A DNA stretch of 64,000 nt from Candidatus Colwellbacteria bacterium (GTDB lineage Bacteria > Patescibacteriota > Minisyncoccia > UBA6257 > Colwellbacteraceae), in the NCBI GenBank assembly GCA_016176525.1, contig JACOWZ010000003.1, forward strand, positions 128,001-192,000, written 5' to 3'. Within the stretch, counting starts at the first letter, position 1; each line of letters starts with the position of its first letter. A program made the position numbers and the translations under genes. Shown piece by piece: positions 54,692 through 63,685 of this stretch. The notes under the pieces were generated by a model. The model did not search any database. It had not been told where the DNA came from and saw only the letters and a program-made list of their open reading frames with translations.

Positions 54692-55639
54692 TTACCTAAG
54701 CGCTCCTTCAATTTGAAGTTCCCGCTTTGATAGGTAGAAGAAAAGCCCCACAACCAGAAATGTTATTAGCGGCGCCGTTAAGGATGATATATGTATTCCC
54801 AAGCTTTCACCTGTCATTATAAGCCCCAGAAATCCCACAGAATACATCGCTCCATTCTTAAGATAACGGTATTTCTTCACGGTTTTAATGCCATGGATGG
54901 TGAACCACCTTACAACAAAAGCGCCTAGCCCGTTTCCGAGAAGTATTAGCGGCACCGATATAGTAAATGCGAAAGCGCCAAGCACACCGTCAATTGAAAA
55001 AGTTGTGTCAATAACTTCCAAATACATAATTTTGCTTACGTCAGAAAAGTGGGCGTGCTTAAGCTCTCTTTCTTTCTGCTCTGCATTCTCTTTAAAGCCA
55101 GTGGTTATGAAAAACGCGGTTGAGCCGATAACTGCACCTAGCGCGATGAGTGGATTTATATAAATTGTTGTCCACACAACTGTAAGAAGTATTATTGATG
55201 CAAGAGCATAGAACCAAAACGAGTAATTCTTGTGTATGTGTTTTTCTAAAAAAAATGCATACTCTTTTGTTTGTAAGAAAAGCCAGTGTAGAAACAAAAA
55301 TATAAGATATATTCCCCCTCCGGCCAAAAGTATGGGCTTAGACCGCTCGATACTCTCCATTACTGCCGGGTCGGAACTGAACATTGCGGTAAATGCGCCC
55401 CAAATCCCCAAAGATGGGTTCGCTGCATAAACTATGGCAAGAGGCAAAAGGCCGCGAACAACTACAACCGCTATTATTATTCCATATAAAAGAAACCAGC
55501 GCCTCGCACGCTCCGACATAGTGGACAGTACATCTGCGTTGATTACCGCGTTGTCAACGCTTGAAATTGTTTCAAAGAGAACAAGCCCGACAACAATCAA
55601 TATAATCTCTAAAATGTCCATTGTAGGAGTATTAAACAA
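54692..55639 (-). CDS. TerC-like / DUF475 membrane protein
   Basis: FETISSVDNAVINA, YLEVIDTTFSIDGVLGAFA, YLKNGAMY. Confidence 0.85.
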   Translation of the reverse strand: MFNTPTMDILEIILIVVGLVLFETISSVDNAVINADVLSTMSERARRWFLLYGIIIAVVVVRGLLPLAIVYAANPSLGIWGAFTAMFSSDPAVMESIERSKPILLAGGGIYLIFLFLHWLFLQTKEYAFFLEKHIHKNYSFWFYALASIILLTVVWTTIYINPLIALGAVIGSTAFFITTGFKENAEQKERELKHAHFSDVSKIMYLEVIDTTFSIDGVLGAFAFTISVPLILLGNGLGAFVVRWFTIHGIKTVKKYRYLKNGAMYSVGFLGLIMTGESLGIHISSLTAPLITFLVVGLFFYLSKRELQIEGALR

Positions 55640-55685
55640 TAATTATACAAAATAGAAAATTTGTTTTAAACTTCTAAAAGTTTAT

Positions 55686-55757
55686 GCTCCTGTAGTTCAA
55701 TGGACAGAACAGAAGGTTTCTAACCTTTTAATGGGGGTTCGATTCCCTCCGGGAGCA
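55686..55757 (+). tRNA. tRNA-Arg(TCT)
   Basis: GAAGG-TTTCTAA-CCTTT arm. Confidence 0.92.
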
Positions 55758-55764
55758 CAAGCTA

Positions 55765-55835
55765 CGGGCTGTCGTATAATGGCAGTATACGTGTTTTGGG
55801 AACACGCGGCCTGGGTTCGATTCCCAGCAGCCCGA
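55765..55835 (+). tRNA. tRNA-Pro(TGG)
   Basis: CGTGT-TTTGGGA-ACACG arm. Confidence 0.92.
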
Positions 55836-55896
55836 CAAAAATAAAATATCTCGAGCGAGCAGTGAGAAGCGCAGCGTCCCAGCAGACCGACCAAAA

Positions 55897-55923
55897 GCGA
55901 AACCCCCTATTCGGGGGTTTCGC
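55897..55923. terminator. Hairpin between the tRNA pair and a convergent gene
   Basis: GCGAAACCCCC-TATTC-GGGGGTTTCGC. Confidence 0.75.
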
Positions 55924-55933
55924 ATATAAATTT

Positions 55934-56332
55934 TTACATCTGACCTCCTTGTCGCGAAGGTGGGGTCTGCATTGGCATAGCTCCACTTTTTCTGCCTGCA
56001 AAACCTGCCCACAAAAGGACAACTGCTACAACAAGCTGCAACCAACTTGAGGCCGCGTTTGTAGCGACTAGCCCCAAAATTTTACCGTCTTGCGCAAAGA
56101 ATCCTAAAACTGCCAAAATCACGTAAATTACGCCCAAGGCCTTAAGGTACATCGCACCGGACGCGCCGCCTTTAGCAGCCCACAAAACCACGATGCCTGT
56201 GGCAAGAAGCAGTATTCCATGTGTGGCGTCTGCCGCGAAAAATGCTCCTTCTCCAACTATCGGGTTGCCTATAAAACTAAGAAGCCCCAAAAGCGCAAGT
56301 ATAGCGCCTGTTGCCATTACTACATTCTTCAT
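55934..56332 (-). CDS. DUF4383-like 4-TM membrane protein
   Basis: Pattern G.LL.LLGLL.F...H..L.L.TG...GVIYVILAVLGF. Confidence 0.65.
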   Translation of the reverse strand: MKNVVMATGAILALLGLLSFIGNPIVGEGAFFAADATHGILLLATGIVVLWAAKGGASGAMYLKALGVIYVILAVLGFFAQDGKILGLVATNAASSWLQLVVAVVLLWAGFAGRKSGAMPMQTPPSRQGGQM

Positions 56333-56416
56333 GATGATTGAATTGTTAAAAGAAGTAATAAATCGACCTTTACATTGTAAATTATAACAAATTAGGTAAA
56401 ATCAAAACTATTGCTA

Positions 56417-56487
56417 CCCCCCATAGCTTAGTGGTAAAGCTACGGACTCTTAATCCGCAGATCAAGGTTCGATTCCTTGTGGGGGGA
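56417..56487 (+). tRNA. tRNA-Lys(CTT)
   Basis: CT-CTT-AA loop; CCCCCCA/TGGGGGG acceptor stem. Confidence 0.9.
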
Positions 56488-56489
56488 CA

Positions 56490-56828
56490 ATGAATTTAGT
56501 AAATAAAAAATGTGTGCCGTGCAAGGGGGGAACACCTCCGATAGAATACGGTGAGGCAAAAAAACTGCACGAACAAATACCTTCTTGGCAATTAATAGAA
56601 GAATACAAAATTTGGCGGCTAAAGAAGACTTACAAATTCAAAGAATTTGCGCAAGCGATGCAATTTGTAAATAAAGTTGCCGATATCGCAGAGCGCGAGG
56701 GGCACCACCCAAACATCAATATACATGATTGGAATAGAGTGGATTTAGAAATCTATACACATAAAATAAAGGGCTTGCACGAAAACGACTTTATACTGGC
56801 GGCAAAAATTGAACAGCTGGCTCTATAA
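56490..56828 (+). CDS. Pterin-4a-carbinolamine dehydratase
   Basis: CVPC, EGHHPNI, THKIKGLHENDFILAAKI. Confidence 0.92.
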   Translation: MNLVNKKCVPCKGGTPPIEYGEAKKLHEQIPSWQLIEEYKIWRLKKTYKFKEFAQAMQFVNKVADIAEREGHHPNINIHDWNRVDLEIYTHKIKGLHENDFILAAKIEQLAL

Positions 56829-56835
56829 TTAAGAT

Positions 56836-58983
56836 ATGCTTGTAAAGCTGGAGACTCCATTAGGCGAAATTCGCGGTATTGGGCCACATTTTTTGCCTCG
56901 CCTGAAAAAGCTAGGGATTTTAACAGCGCGTGACCTTTTGTACCATTTTCCTTCCCGCTACGAAGACTGGAGTGAAATTGTTAATATTGCGGAATTAAAA
57001 TCAGAGACAGCCTCCTCCGCTAAAGCTACGGGCGGCCAAAGTAAAACAATACGCGCAAGGGTTATAAAAATTGAATCCCGCAGAGCTTGGACAAGGCGAA
57101 AAATGCTAATTATTGAAGGCCTTCTCGCAGACGACTCTGGCGAAATACAAGCAGTTTGGTTTAACCAGCCATATATAAAAAATATATTAAAACCCGGTAC
57201 ACTTGCGAACTTTGCGGGAAAAATCTCGGCGCGCAACAGCAAATTAATTCTCTCAAATCCGACTTATGAATTGGTTGGCAAAACAGAGGCAAAACACACC
57301 GGCCGGCTTGTGCCAATTTATCCAGAAACTAAAGGACTAACATCCAAAGGATTAAGATTTGTTATAAAAGGCGTGTTGGATCACCTAGAAGAAATAGGCG
57401 ACTTTATCCCACCAGAAATTCTTAAATCGGAGAAGATTCCAGAGATAAATAAAGCTCTGCAAAACATACATTTCCCAAAAACTTCTAAAAGCGCGGGAGA
57501 TGCAAAAAACAGGTTCGCATTTGAAGAGCTCTTTTTATTGCAGCTGCGCAACTTACGCGAAAAACTTGCTATTCGCCGCGAGCGCGCACATAAGATAGCA
57601 CACACAAACGATGAAATTAAAGATATATTAAAGGGACTGCCGTTTGAGCTTACAATATCGCAAAAGAAAGCTCTTGTAGAAATATTAAAAGATTTAGACC
57701 AAAACCACCCAATGAACCGCCTGCTCCAAGGCGACGTGGGTTCCGGCAAAACAGTTGTGGCGGGTATTGCTGCGCTTATTGCCGGCAAAGTTGGGCAGGT
57801 TGCAATTATGGCCCCAACCGAAATTTTAGCCCGCCAGCACTACAAAACACTTGTCAAACTCTTTGGTGACGCACACACAAATATCGCACTCTTAATTGGA
57901 AAAGAAGCACGCATACATTACGGCAAAGAACTAGAGACAGCATCAACAAAATCAGATTTAATAAAAAAAATTGCCTCCGGCGAGATAAAAATAGTCGTTG
58001 GCACGCATGCTTTAATACAAAAGAATGTAAAGTTCAAGAATCTCGGCTTAGTTGTTATTGACGAACAGCATAGATTTGGAGTTAGCCAAAGAGCACAGCT
58101 TACCCATTCGACAAGCTCAGGGCAAACTATGCCGCATTTTTTAAGTATGTCTGCAACACCAATACCTAGAACACTAATGCTCTCTATATTCGGCGATTTA
58201 GACTTATCAATAATAGATGAGCTCCCAAAAGGAAGAAAGACAATTTTAACTAAAGTCGTATCCCCTCATAACCGCGACAAAGCATACGCTTTTATACGCG
58301 GACAAGTGCGCCGCGGCAGGCAGGTATTTGTGGTATGCCCACGAATAACAATAAATAATCAAGAACAAGTAACCAAGAATAAATTAGAATTACAGGACAT
58401 AAAAAATGTTGAAGAAGAATATAAAAAGCTGTCTAAAAATGTATTCCCAGACCTAATGGTTCAAATGCTGCACGGTAAGTTAAAAAGTGAAGAAAAGAAA
58501 AAAGTAATGTCTGATTTTACAGATGGCAAAATTGACATACTTGTAACAACTTCTGTTATTGAAGTTGGCGTTGATGTGCCCAATGCCACAATTATGATGA
58601 TAGAAGGGGCAGAAAGGTTCGGACTCGCACAACTTTACCAATTTCGTGGGCGCGTTGGCCGAGGCGAGCACCAATCTTTTTGTTTTTTGTTTACAGAGGC
58701 GGAGTCTAAAACTGCAGAAAAACGCCTTGAGGCAATTGCAAAGGCGAAAAATGGATTTGAATTAGCAGAAGTTGACTTAAAAATACGCGGGCCGGGAGAA
58801 TTTTTGGGCCAATCTCAAACCGGAATACCGGATATCGCCATGGAATCCTTAAAAAATCCGGAGTTACTTGGGCGCGTCCGCACTACAGCGCTAGAAATAA
58901 TTGCGAAAGACCCAGACCTTAAAACACACACCGCCTTATTAGAAAAACTGCGAGAATTCAAACAAAGAGTGCACTTAGAATAA
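56836..58983 (+). CDS. recG: ATP-dependent DNA helicase RecG
   Basis: LLQGDVGSGKT, DEQHRFG, SATPIPR, QFRGRVGRG, RGPGE. Confidence 0.97.
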   Translation: MLVKLETPLGEIRGIGPHFLPRLKKLGILTARDLLYHFPSRYEDWSEIVNIAELKSETASSAKATGGQSKTIRARVIKIESRRAWTRRKMLIIEGLLADDSGEIQAVWFNQPYIKNILKPGTLANFAGKISARNSKLILSNPTYELVGKTEAKHTGRLVPIYPETKGLTSKGLRFVIKGVLDHLEEIGDFIPPEILKSEKIPEINKALQNIHFPKTSKSAGDAKNRFAFEELFLLQLRNLREKLAIRRERAHKIAHTNDEIKDILKGLPFELTISQKKALVEILKDLDQNHPMNRLLQGDVGSGKTVVAGIAALIAGKVGQVAIMAPTEILARQHYKTLVKLFGDAHTNIALLIGKEARIHYGKELETASTKSDLIKKIASGEIKIVVGTHALIQKNVKFKNLGLVVIDEQHRFGVSQRAQLTHSTSSGQTMPHFLSMSATPIPRTLMLSIFGDLDLSIIDELPKGRKTILTKVVSPHNRDKAYAFIRGQVRRGRQVFVVCPRITINNQEQVTKNKLELQDIKNVEEEYKKLSKNVFPDLMVQMLHGKLKSEEKKKVMSDFTDGKIDILVTTSVIEVGVDVPNATIMMIEGAERFGLAQLYQFRGRVGRGEHQSFCFLFTEAESKTAEKRLEAIAKAKNGFELAEVDLKIRGPGEFLGQSQTGIPDIAMESLKNPELLGRVRTTALEIIAKDPDLKTHTALLEKLREFKQRVHLE

Positions 58984-58984
58984 G

Positions 58985-60532
58985 CTAACGTTCTTCACTC
59001 TGGTAATCTTGGTACTGTTGATCCTGGTATTGTTGGTCTTGATATTGCTGATCATATTCCTCTTGATGCTGTTCATCGTAATACTGCTGAGACTGCTCCT
59101 CGTATTGCCTTTGATATTCTTCGCGCTTCGGGAAAACACACTGGCCTTCCTGCCAATATCCCCCTTGTTCAGCGCAGACTCTGGCAGCTTCGTCCTCGCG
59201 CCCTCCGCGCTCTTCACTATTGCCATAACCTCCACAGTCTTGTGGGTTTGCCTCACAATAAGCACGACATTCTTCCTGAGTACTACACCCGCCAGGCCCA
59301 GAAGATTCAAAACCTCCACCCTCTCGCTGAGCTCCGCTTTCATTTGAGCCAGGGCCAAAACCACGGCATTCTTCTGGGTTTTCCTTACAATAAGCCATAC
59401 ATTCCTCTTCGGTTTGGCAACCTCCAGGTCCAGAAAAACCGCCCTCGTGATCTCCAAACCCCTCTGGACCGGGCTGGAAACTTTGGAAACACGCCTCCAT
59501 TTTTTCACCCAATTGCGGAGTTGGGAAACCCTCGCCATTCAACAGCCGGTTAAACTCCGCCTCACCTATACTTTGTTTCAAGCACTCTATAACTTCGGGC
59601 GGAGCTTGCTCCAAACCGCGAGAAAATTCTTGTAAGCCCTCTTTCATACGAGCCTTATCTTCGTCGGATATAAAGCCAGCTTCTTCTGCAAAACGGAAAC
59701 ACTCTTCTACATTATTCTCGTCGTTGCAATACGCCTCGCACTGCTCTTTAGTTCTACAGCCACCCGGCATCTTGCCTTCTTTCATAAAAGTAAGCATCTT
59801 GCGAGCTTGCGATGCCTCCTCCTCATTCATAAGTCCCATCTTTAAACCAAACTCCATACATTCCTCTATGTTTTCGCCCTCAAAACAATACGCTTCACAT
59901 TCTCTTTGCGTACGACATCCACCAGGGGTTTCGCCGTTTCTCATAAGCTCCATAGCGCGCTTTGCGGTTTCCAGTTCGCCCTTATCCATAAAGCCGGCTT
60001 CTTCGGCAAAGGCCAAACATTCTTCCATATTGTCCGGGTTCATGCAGTATTCTTCGCAAGCTTCTTTGTTTGTGCAGCCTGCTGGAATTTGCACACCGCG
60101 CTTGATAGCCGACCGGATTTTTTTAGCTTCGTCTAAATCTTCATTGTCAATAAACCCGTGACGTTCTGCAAACTCTATGCACTCATCTAAGTTTTGGACA
60201 TTATTGCAGTAAGCCTCACAAGAAACATGACTTGTGCAACCTCCAGGACCACCCTCTTTCATCGCACTAGCAAACTTATCTAGGTCTTCTTCTTTTTGCT
60301 CTGCAATAGGCCCTTCAACTAAATTGTGCTTTTTAGCAAAAGCAAAACATGCGCGGAAATTATCCGGATTGTCGCAATACGAGCGGCACTCCTCCTCGCT
60401 TGTGCAACCACCAAGTTCTTCAACTGGGAATACAATATCATCTTTGGAGGCGGCATCTGCAATAGACACGAGAGATGCAACAAAGAGCGGTAAAAAAGCT
60501 AGCGCTAAAACAAGTGTAATGCGTTTATTCAT
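58985..60532 (-). CDS. Secreted cysteine-repeat protein
   Basis: Signal peptide; 7 copies of GGC-x5-C-x2-YC-x6/8-C; QQYQD-repeat tail. Confidence 0.8.
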   Translation of the reverse strand: MNKRITLVLALAFLPLFVASLVSIADAASKDDIVFPVEELGGCTSEEECRSYCDNPDNFRACFAFAKKHNLVEGPIAEQKEEDLDKFASAMKEGGPGGCTSHVSCEAYCNNVQNLDECIEFAERHGFIDNEDLDEAKKIRSAIKRGVQIPAGCTNKEACEEYCMNPDNMEECLAFAEEAGFMDKGELETAKRAMELMRNGETPGGCRTQRECEAYCFEGENIEECMEFGLKMGLMNEEEASQARKMLTFMKEGKMPGGCRTKEQCEAYCNDENNVEECFRFAEEAGFISDEDKARMKEGLQEFSRGLEQAPPEVIECLKQSIGEAEFNRLLNGEGFPTPQLGEKMEACFQSFQPGPEGFGDHEGGFSGPGGCQTEEECMAYCKENPEECRGFGPGSNESGAQREGGGFESSGPGGCSTQEECRAYCEANPQDCGGYGNSEERGGREDEAARVCAEQGGYWQEGQCVFPKREEYQRQYEEQSQQYYDEQHQEEYDQQYQDQQYQDQQYQDYQSEER

Positions 60533-60755
60533 TAAAAGGATTTTGATATGTTTGGGTAAAGGGATTAGTTTCTCTAAGCGGGTTGGTATCTGGCAAATCG
60601 GAAGCTGGGTTTTGTTCTATAGGGGCAAGGATAGACGGGGTTGTTAAATCTTCCAGCGTTGCAGGCGCGCTTTGTTTTTTGAAGAAAAATAAATAATAAA
60701 TGGCCGCAGCTACAAGCACCAATATGGCAATTAGAACAATAGTGTTCTTCTGCAT
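60525..60755 (-). CDS. Small single-TM protein
   Basis: N-terminal TM with an NP-rich tail; TGATATAAT upstream; overlaps the start of the next gene. Confidence 0.7.
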   Translation of the reverse strand: MQKNTIVLIAILVLVAAAIYYLFFFKKQSAPATLEDLTTPSILAPIEQNPASDLPDTNPLRETNPFTQTYQNPFNE

Positions 60756-60813
60756 GTTATAGAAATTATATCATAATTGATTTTTATTACAGAGTGGATA
60801 TTATTATATGTAC

Positions 60814-60885
60814 GCGGGTATCGTATAGTGGCTATTATACCTCGTTGCCAACGAGGAGATGGCGGTTCGATTCCGCTTACCCGCT
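60814..60885 (+). tRNA. tRNA-Gly(GCC)
   Basis: CCTCG-TTGCCAA-CGAGG arm; U73. Confidence 0.93.
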
Positions 60886-61971
60886 CTGTTTGTTTTTGAG
60901 TTTTTCTAACTCTTCTTTTAGCTTTATCATCTTTAGTTCTCTTCCTATCATTAGTTTGTTCATTGTTTCTAACTCATTGATTTTTTCTTGTAGTTCCTGT
61001 GTTCGCTCTTTTACTTGTTTTTCTAATTGTATTTTTAAAGAAGCCAATATCTCTTTTTTTTCTCTTTCAGTCTGCTCCGCTTCTTTTAAAACTGCTTTTT
61101 CTCTTTCGCGCCGTTTAACCTCTTCGGTGCGATCGTTTACAAAAAATGCAATTCCAATTTGCCTGTTATGGCCGTTTTGCACCGGCGAGAGTGCAGTAGA
61201 AATTATTAAATCTTCTCCTTTACGGTTTTTGGTTTTAACCTCCAAAGCGGTAGTTGATTTGTTTTTTATGGCTTCTTTAAAAAGACCGAGTAATTTATCT
61301 TTAAACTCGCCAACCGCTTTATCAAAAATTAATTTTCCAGAAACATCAACTTCGCTCAAGCCAAAAAGTTTTTGCGCACTCACGTTCCACTGAGTAATTC
61401 TTCCATCCAAATCTGTGATAAATATAGCCTCTCCGGCGTTGTCTAAAACATTTTTAAAATAACGCGATGAGAGCAAAAGACGGCGATATTCGGGTACGTC
61501 AAGCGGCGGGTCTGTACGTATTTGTTCGCGCACCGCGCCGATTGTAGTGCGCATTCTTCTTTTCTGTTTTATGCCTTGAATAAGCTCTAAAACTCGGTTT
61601 TTAAAATCGAAAATGGAATTTATATCTATAACAAGCCAAGAATCGCCTACTCGCGCGGCATATTTAAAATCTCGCTCCATATCTTCTTTTCTTTTTTTAT
61701 TTTCTGTTAAAAATATATAAACCATATCTGGTTCAAGCGAATAAAAATAACGTGCCAATTCAAGTGAAGCAGCCAAATCTTGCTCAAAAATAACTATGAG
61801 GGGGTGCCTCCGCTCATCAAAAAGTTGCTTAAATATTTCTTTAGCTTTATCCCTCTTTGCTATTACACAATCTAAGCTTTCTACAAATAAATCTTTAAAA
61901 AGAATGCGTTCTTTATCCGAAATTTTTCCGGATTCGTTTACATATAAATAACAATCACTTTTAGTCTGCAT
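60877..61971 (-). CDS. PAS protein with a degenerate receiver-like N-terminus and MIGRELKM tail
   Basis: AGEAIFITDLDGRITQWN...FFVNDRTE PAS/PAC; no kinase domain. Confidence 0.8.
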   Translation of the reverse strand: MQTKSDCYLYVNESGKISDKERILFKDLFVESLDCVIAKRDKAKEIFKQLFDERRHPLIVIFEQDLAASLELARYFYSLEPDMVYIFLTENKKRKEDMERDFKYAARVGDSWLVIDINSIFDFKNRVLELIQGIKQKRRMRTTIGAVREQIRTDPPLDVPEYRRLLLSSRYFKNVLDNAGEAIFITDLDGRITQWNVSAQKLFGLSEVDVSGKLIFDKAVGEFKDKLLGLFKEAIKNKSTTALEVKTKNRKGEDLIISTALSPVQNGHNRQIGIAFFVNDRTEEVKRREREKAVLKEAEQTEREKKEILASLKIQLEKQVKERTQELQEKINELETMNKLMIGRELKMIKLKEELEKLKNKQSG

Positions 61972-61977
61972 AATTTA

Positions 61978-63150
61978 TTACAATAACGGTAAACCCAAAA
62001 GATATCTTCCAAGCCATTCTTTTAAAATCTGTGTTGTGGGGGCCATAACATGACTCGCACGCACGTCCCTTAATAATCGCGAGAGATATGAATTCTGGGC
62101 ATAAGCCCTGCCGCCGGCAAGCGACATTGCTTCGTTTACAACATACACTGCCATATCGGCAACATCTGCCTTACAGCCAAGGATAGAAGAAAGCGCGCCG
62201 GGGTCTGCGACATCTCCTCTTTGTCCTGCATCATAAATAAGGCCGCGAGTTTTCTCTACCTGAATCCAAAGATCTGCTAAAGAAATCTGGAGCGCCTGCA
62301 CATTTGAAAGCGAAGTGCCAGAGTGGCTATAGCGGCGAGCTTTAAGATGTTCTTTTACATAATCCAGCGCACCTTGAGCGGCGCCCAAATAACTGCCGGA
62401 CATAGAGAGTAAAAAATAAGGCGCGACTACTTCAAAGACATACCATGTTTGGTCACCTTCTTCGCCTAAAAGATTTTCAACAGGAATTTCTGTATTTTTT
62501 AGCATCATACCGCGCGATGAGTTGCCGCGCATACCAAAACCGTTCCATGCCGGCCCCCATTCAATACCACGCGCACGCTTATCTAAAATAAGCATATTGA
62601 ATTTGCCTTCTCCAGCTTCGCCCTGCAATTCTTCGCTAATATGTGTAGATACAACGTACGAATCGGCGTACCCGCCGTTGGTAATAAAATCTTTCTCCCC
62701 ATTCGCCAAAAATTTTTTGCCGGATTTTGTAAGTTTAGTTTCTGGAAAATAAAAGTGCGCTCCGGAACCGGACTCGGACAAAGCAAGCGTGGTAATATGC
62801 TTGCCTTCGGCTATTGGTTTTAAATAATTCTCCTCTTGGTACGGAGTTGCCTTTGCCGCGATAACTGCAGTACCTACGCAATGCATACCAAAGCAAAGCG
62901 CACAAGAAGGGTCAACCTTACCAATTTCTTCGGAAATTACAGCCAAGGCCTGCAAGCCTTGTTCGTGCCCGCCAAAACGTTTGGGCACATTTAAGCCTAA
63001 GAGGCCTGCATCGCCTAAAGCACGCATGCCCTCTTCGGGCCACCGCGCTTCGCGGTCGTTGCGCTCGGAGTGCGGCCGAATATATTTTTCGCTAACTTCT
63101 CGTGCAACGTCGCGCAAATCTAATATTGTTTTAGATAAAAAGCCCTCCAT
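61978..63150 (-). CDS. Acyl-CoA dehydrogenase-family flavoprotein
   Basis: LALSESGSG, NGEKDFITNG, GMRG, RLLRD; start placed at ATG 63150. Confidence 0.88.
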   Translation of the reverse strand: MEGFLSKTILDLRDVAREVSEKYIRPHSERNDREARWPEEGMRALGDAGLLGLNVPKRFGGHEQGLQALAVISEEIGKVDPSCALCFGMHCVGTAVIAAKATPYQEENYLKPIAEGKHITTLALSESGSGAHFYFPETKLTKSGKKFLANGEKDFITNGGYADSYVVSTHISEELQGEAGEGKFNMLILDKRARGIEWGPAWNGFGMRGNSSRGMMLKNTEIPVENLLGEEGDQTWYVFEVVAPYFLLSMSGSYLGAAQGALDYVKEHLKARRYSHSGTSLSNVQALQISLADLWIQVEKTRGLIYDAGQRGDVADPGALSSILGCKADVADMAVYVVNEAMSLAGGRAYAQNSYLSRLLRDVRASHVMAPTTQILKEWLGRYLLGLPLL

Positions 63151-63220
63151 ATTACAACTATAAGTATACAATATCAGCACAAAAAGAAGCTCCGACCCAA
63201 ATCGGAGCTTATGCGCTTTA

Positions 63221-63685
63221 TTAGTGCCTGTGCGCAATGGGTAGAGGGGGGAGCGTTGCCGCAACGTCGGCATGGCGGTGCTCGAGTTGCGCAAAGCTCC
63301 TTTTGAGTTCTTCGCTCTGCGGATGTTCGCGGCGCGAAGCAGTGTTCTCCTGCATCGCGGCAGTGTAGAACGAGACTTCACGTTCTTTCGGCCCCATCAA
63401 CTCATCGGGGCCGTGGTGATGGTCTCGAACCTGCTCAACCAAGAGCTTTGCCAAGAGTTCGCCAGGATCAAGCTCCAAGCTCATCTCTCCGTACCGGAGT
63501 GCAGCGTGGTCTGTCTTCTCGCCACCGGTGACGTACACGTGCCAACCCTTAAGGGCGAAGAGCGTAGATCGGGTGCTAACGATGATATCTGGCGGCAACC
63601 CTAACGCTTCCTCCAGCTCTTCTCTGGCTTCGTGGAACCGGCCGTTTTCCATCAGCATACGTACCTTCTCTGCATACGTTGGCAT
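63221..63685 (-). CDS. Hypothetical helical (TPR-like) protein
   Basis: GAGGAGG then ATG 63685; TTGACA-17-TAAGCT at 63776-63748. Confidence 0.6.
   Translation of the reverse strand: MPTYAEKVRMLMENGRFHEAREELEEALGLPPDIIVSTRSTLFALKGWHVYVTGGEKTDHAALRYGEMSLELDPGELLAKLLVEQVRDHHHGPDELMGPKEREVSFYTAAMQENTASRREHPQSEELKRSFAQLEHRHADVAATLPPLPIAHRH

Noticed and set aside
63151-63381. 77-aa N-terminal extension of the acyl-CoA dehydrogenase ORF
   Set aside because: It overlaps the upstream gene; the ACAD fold starts near ATG 63150, which has its own -10-like element.
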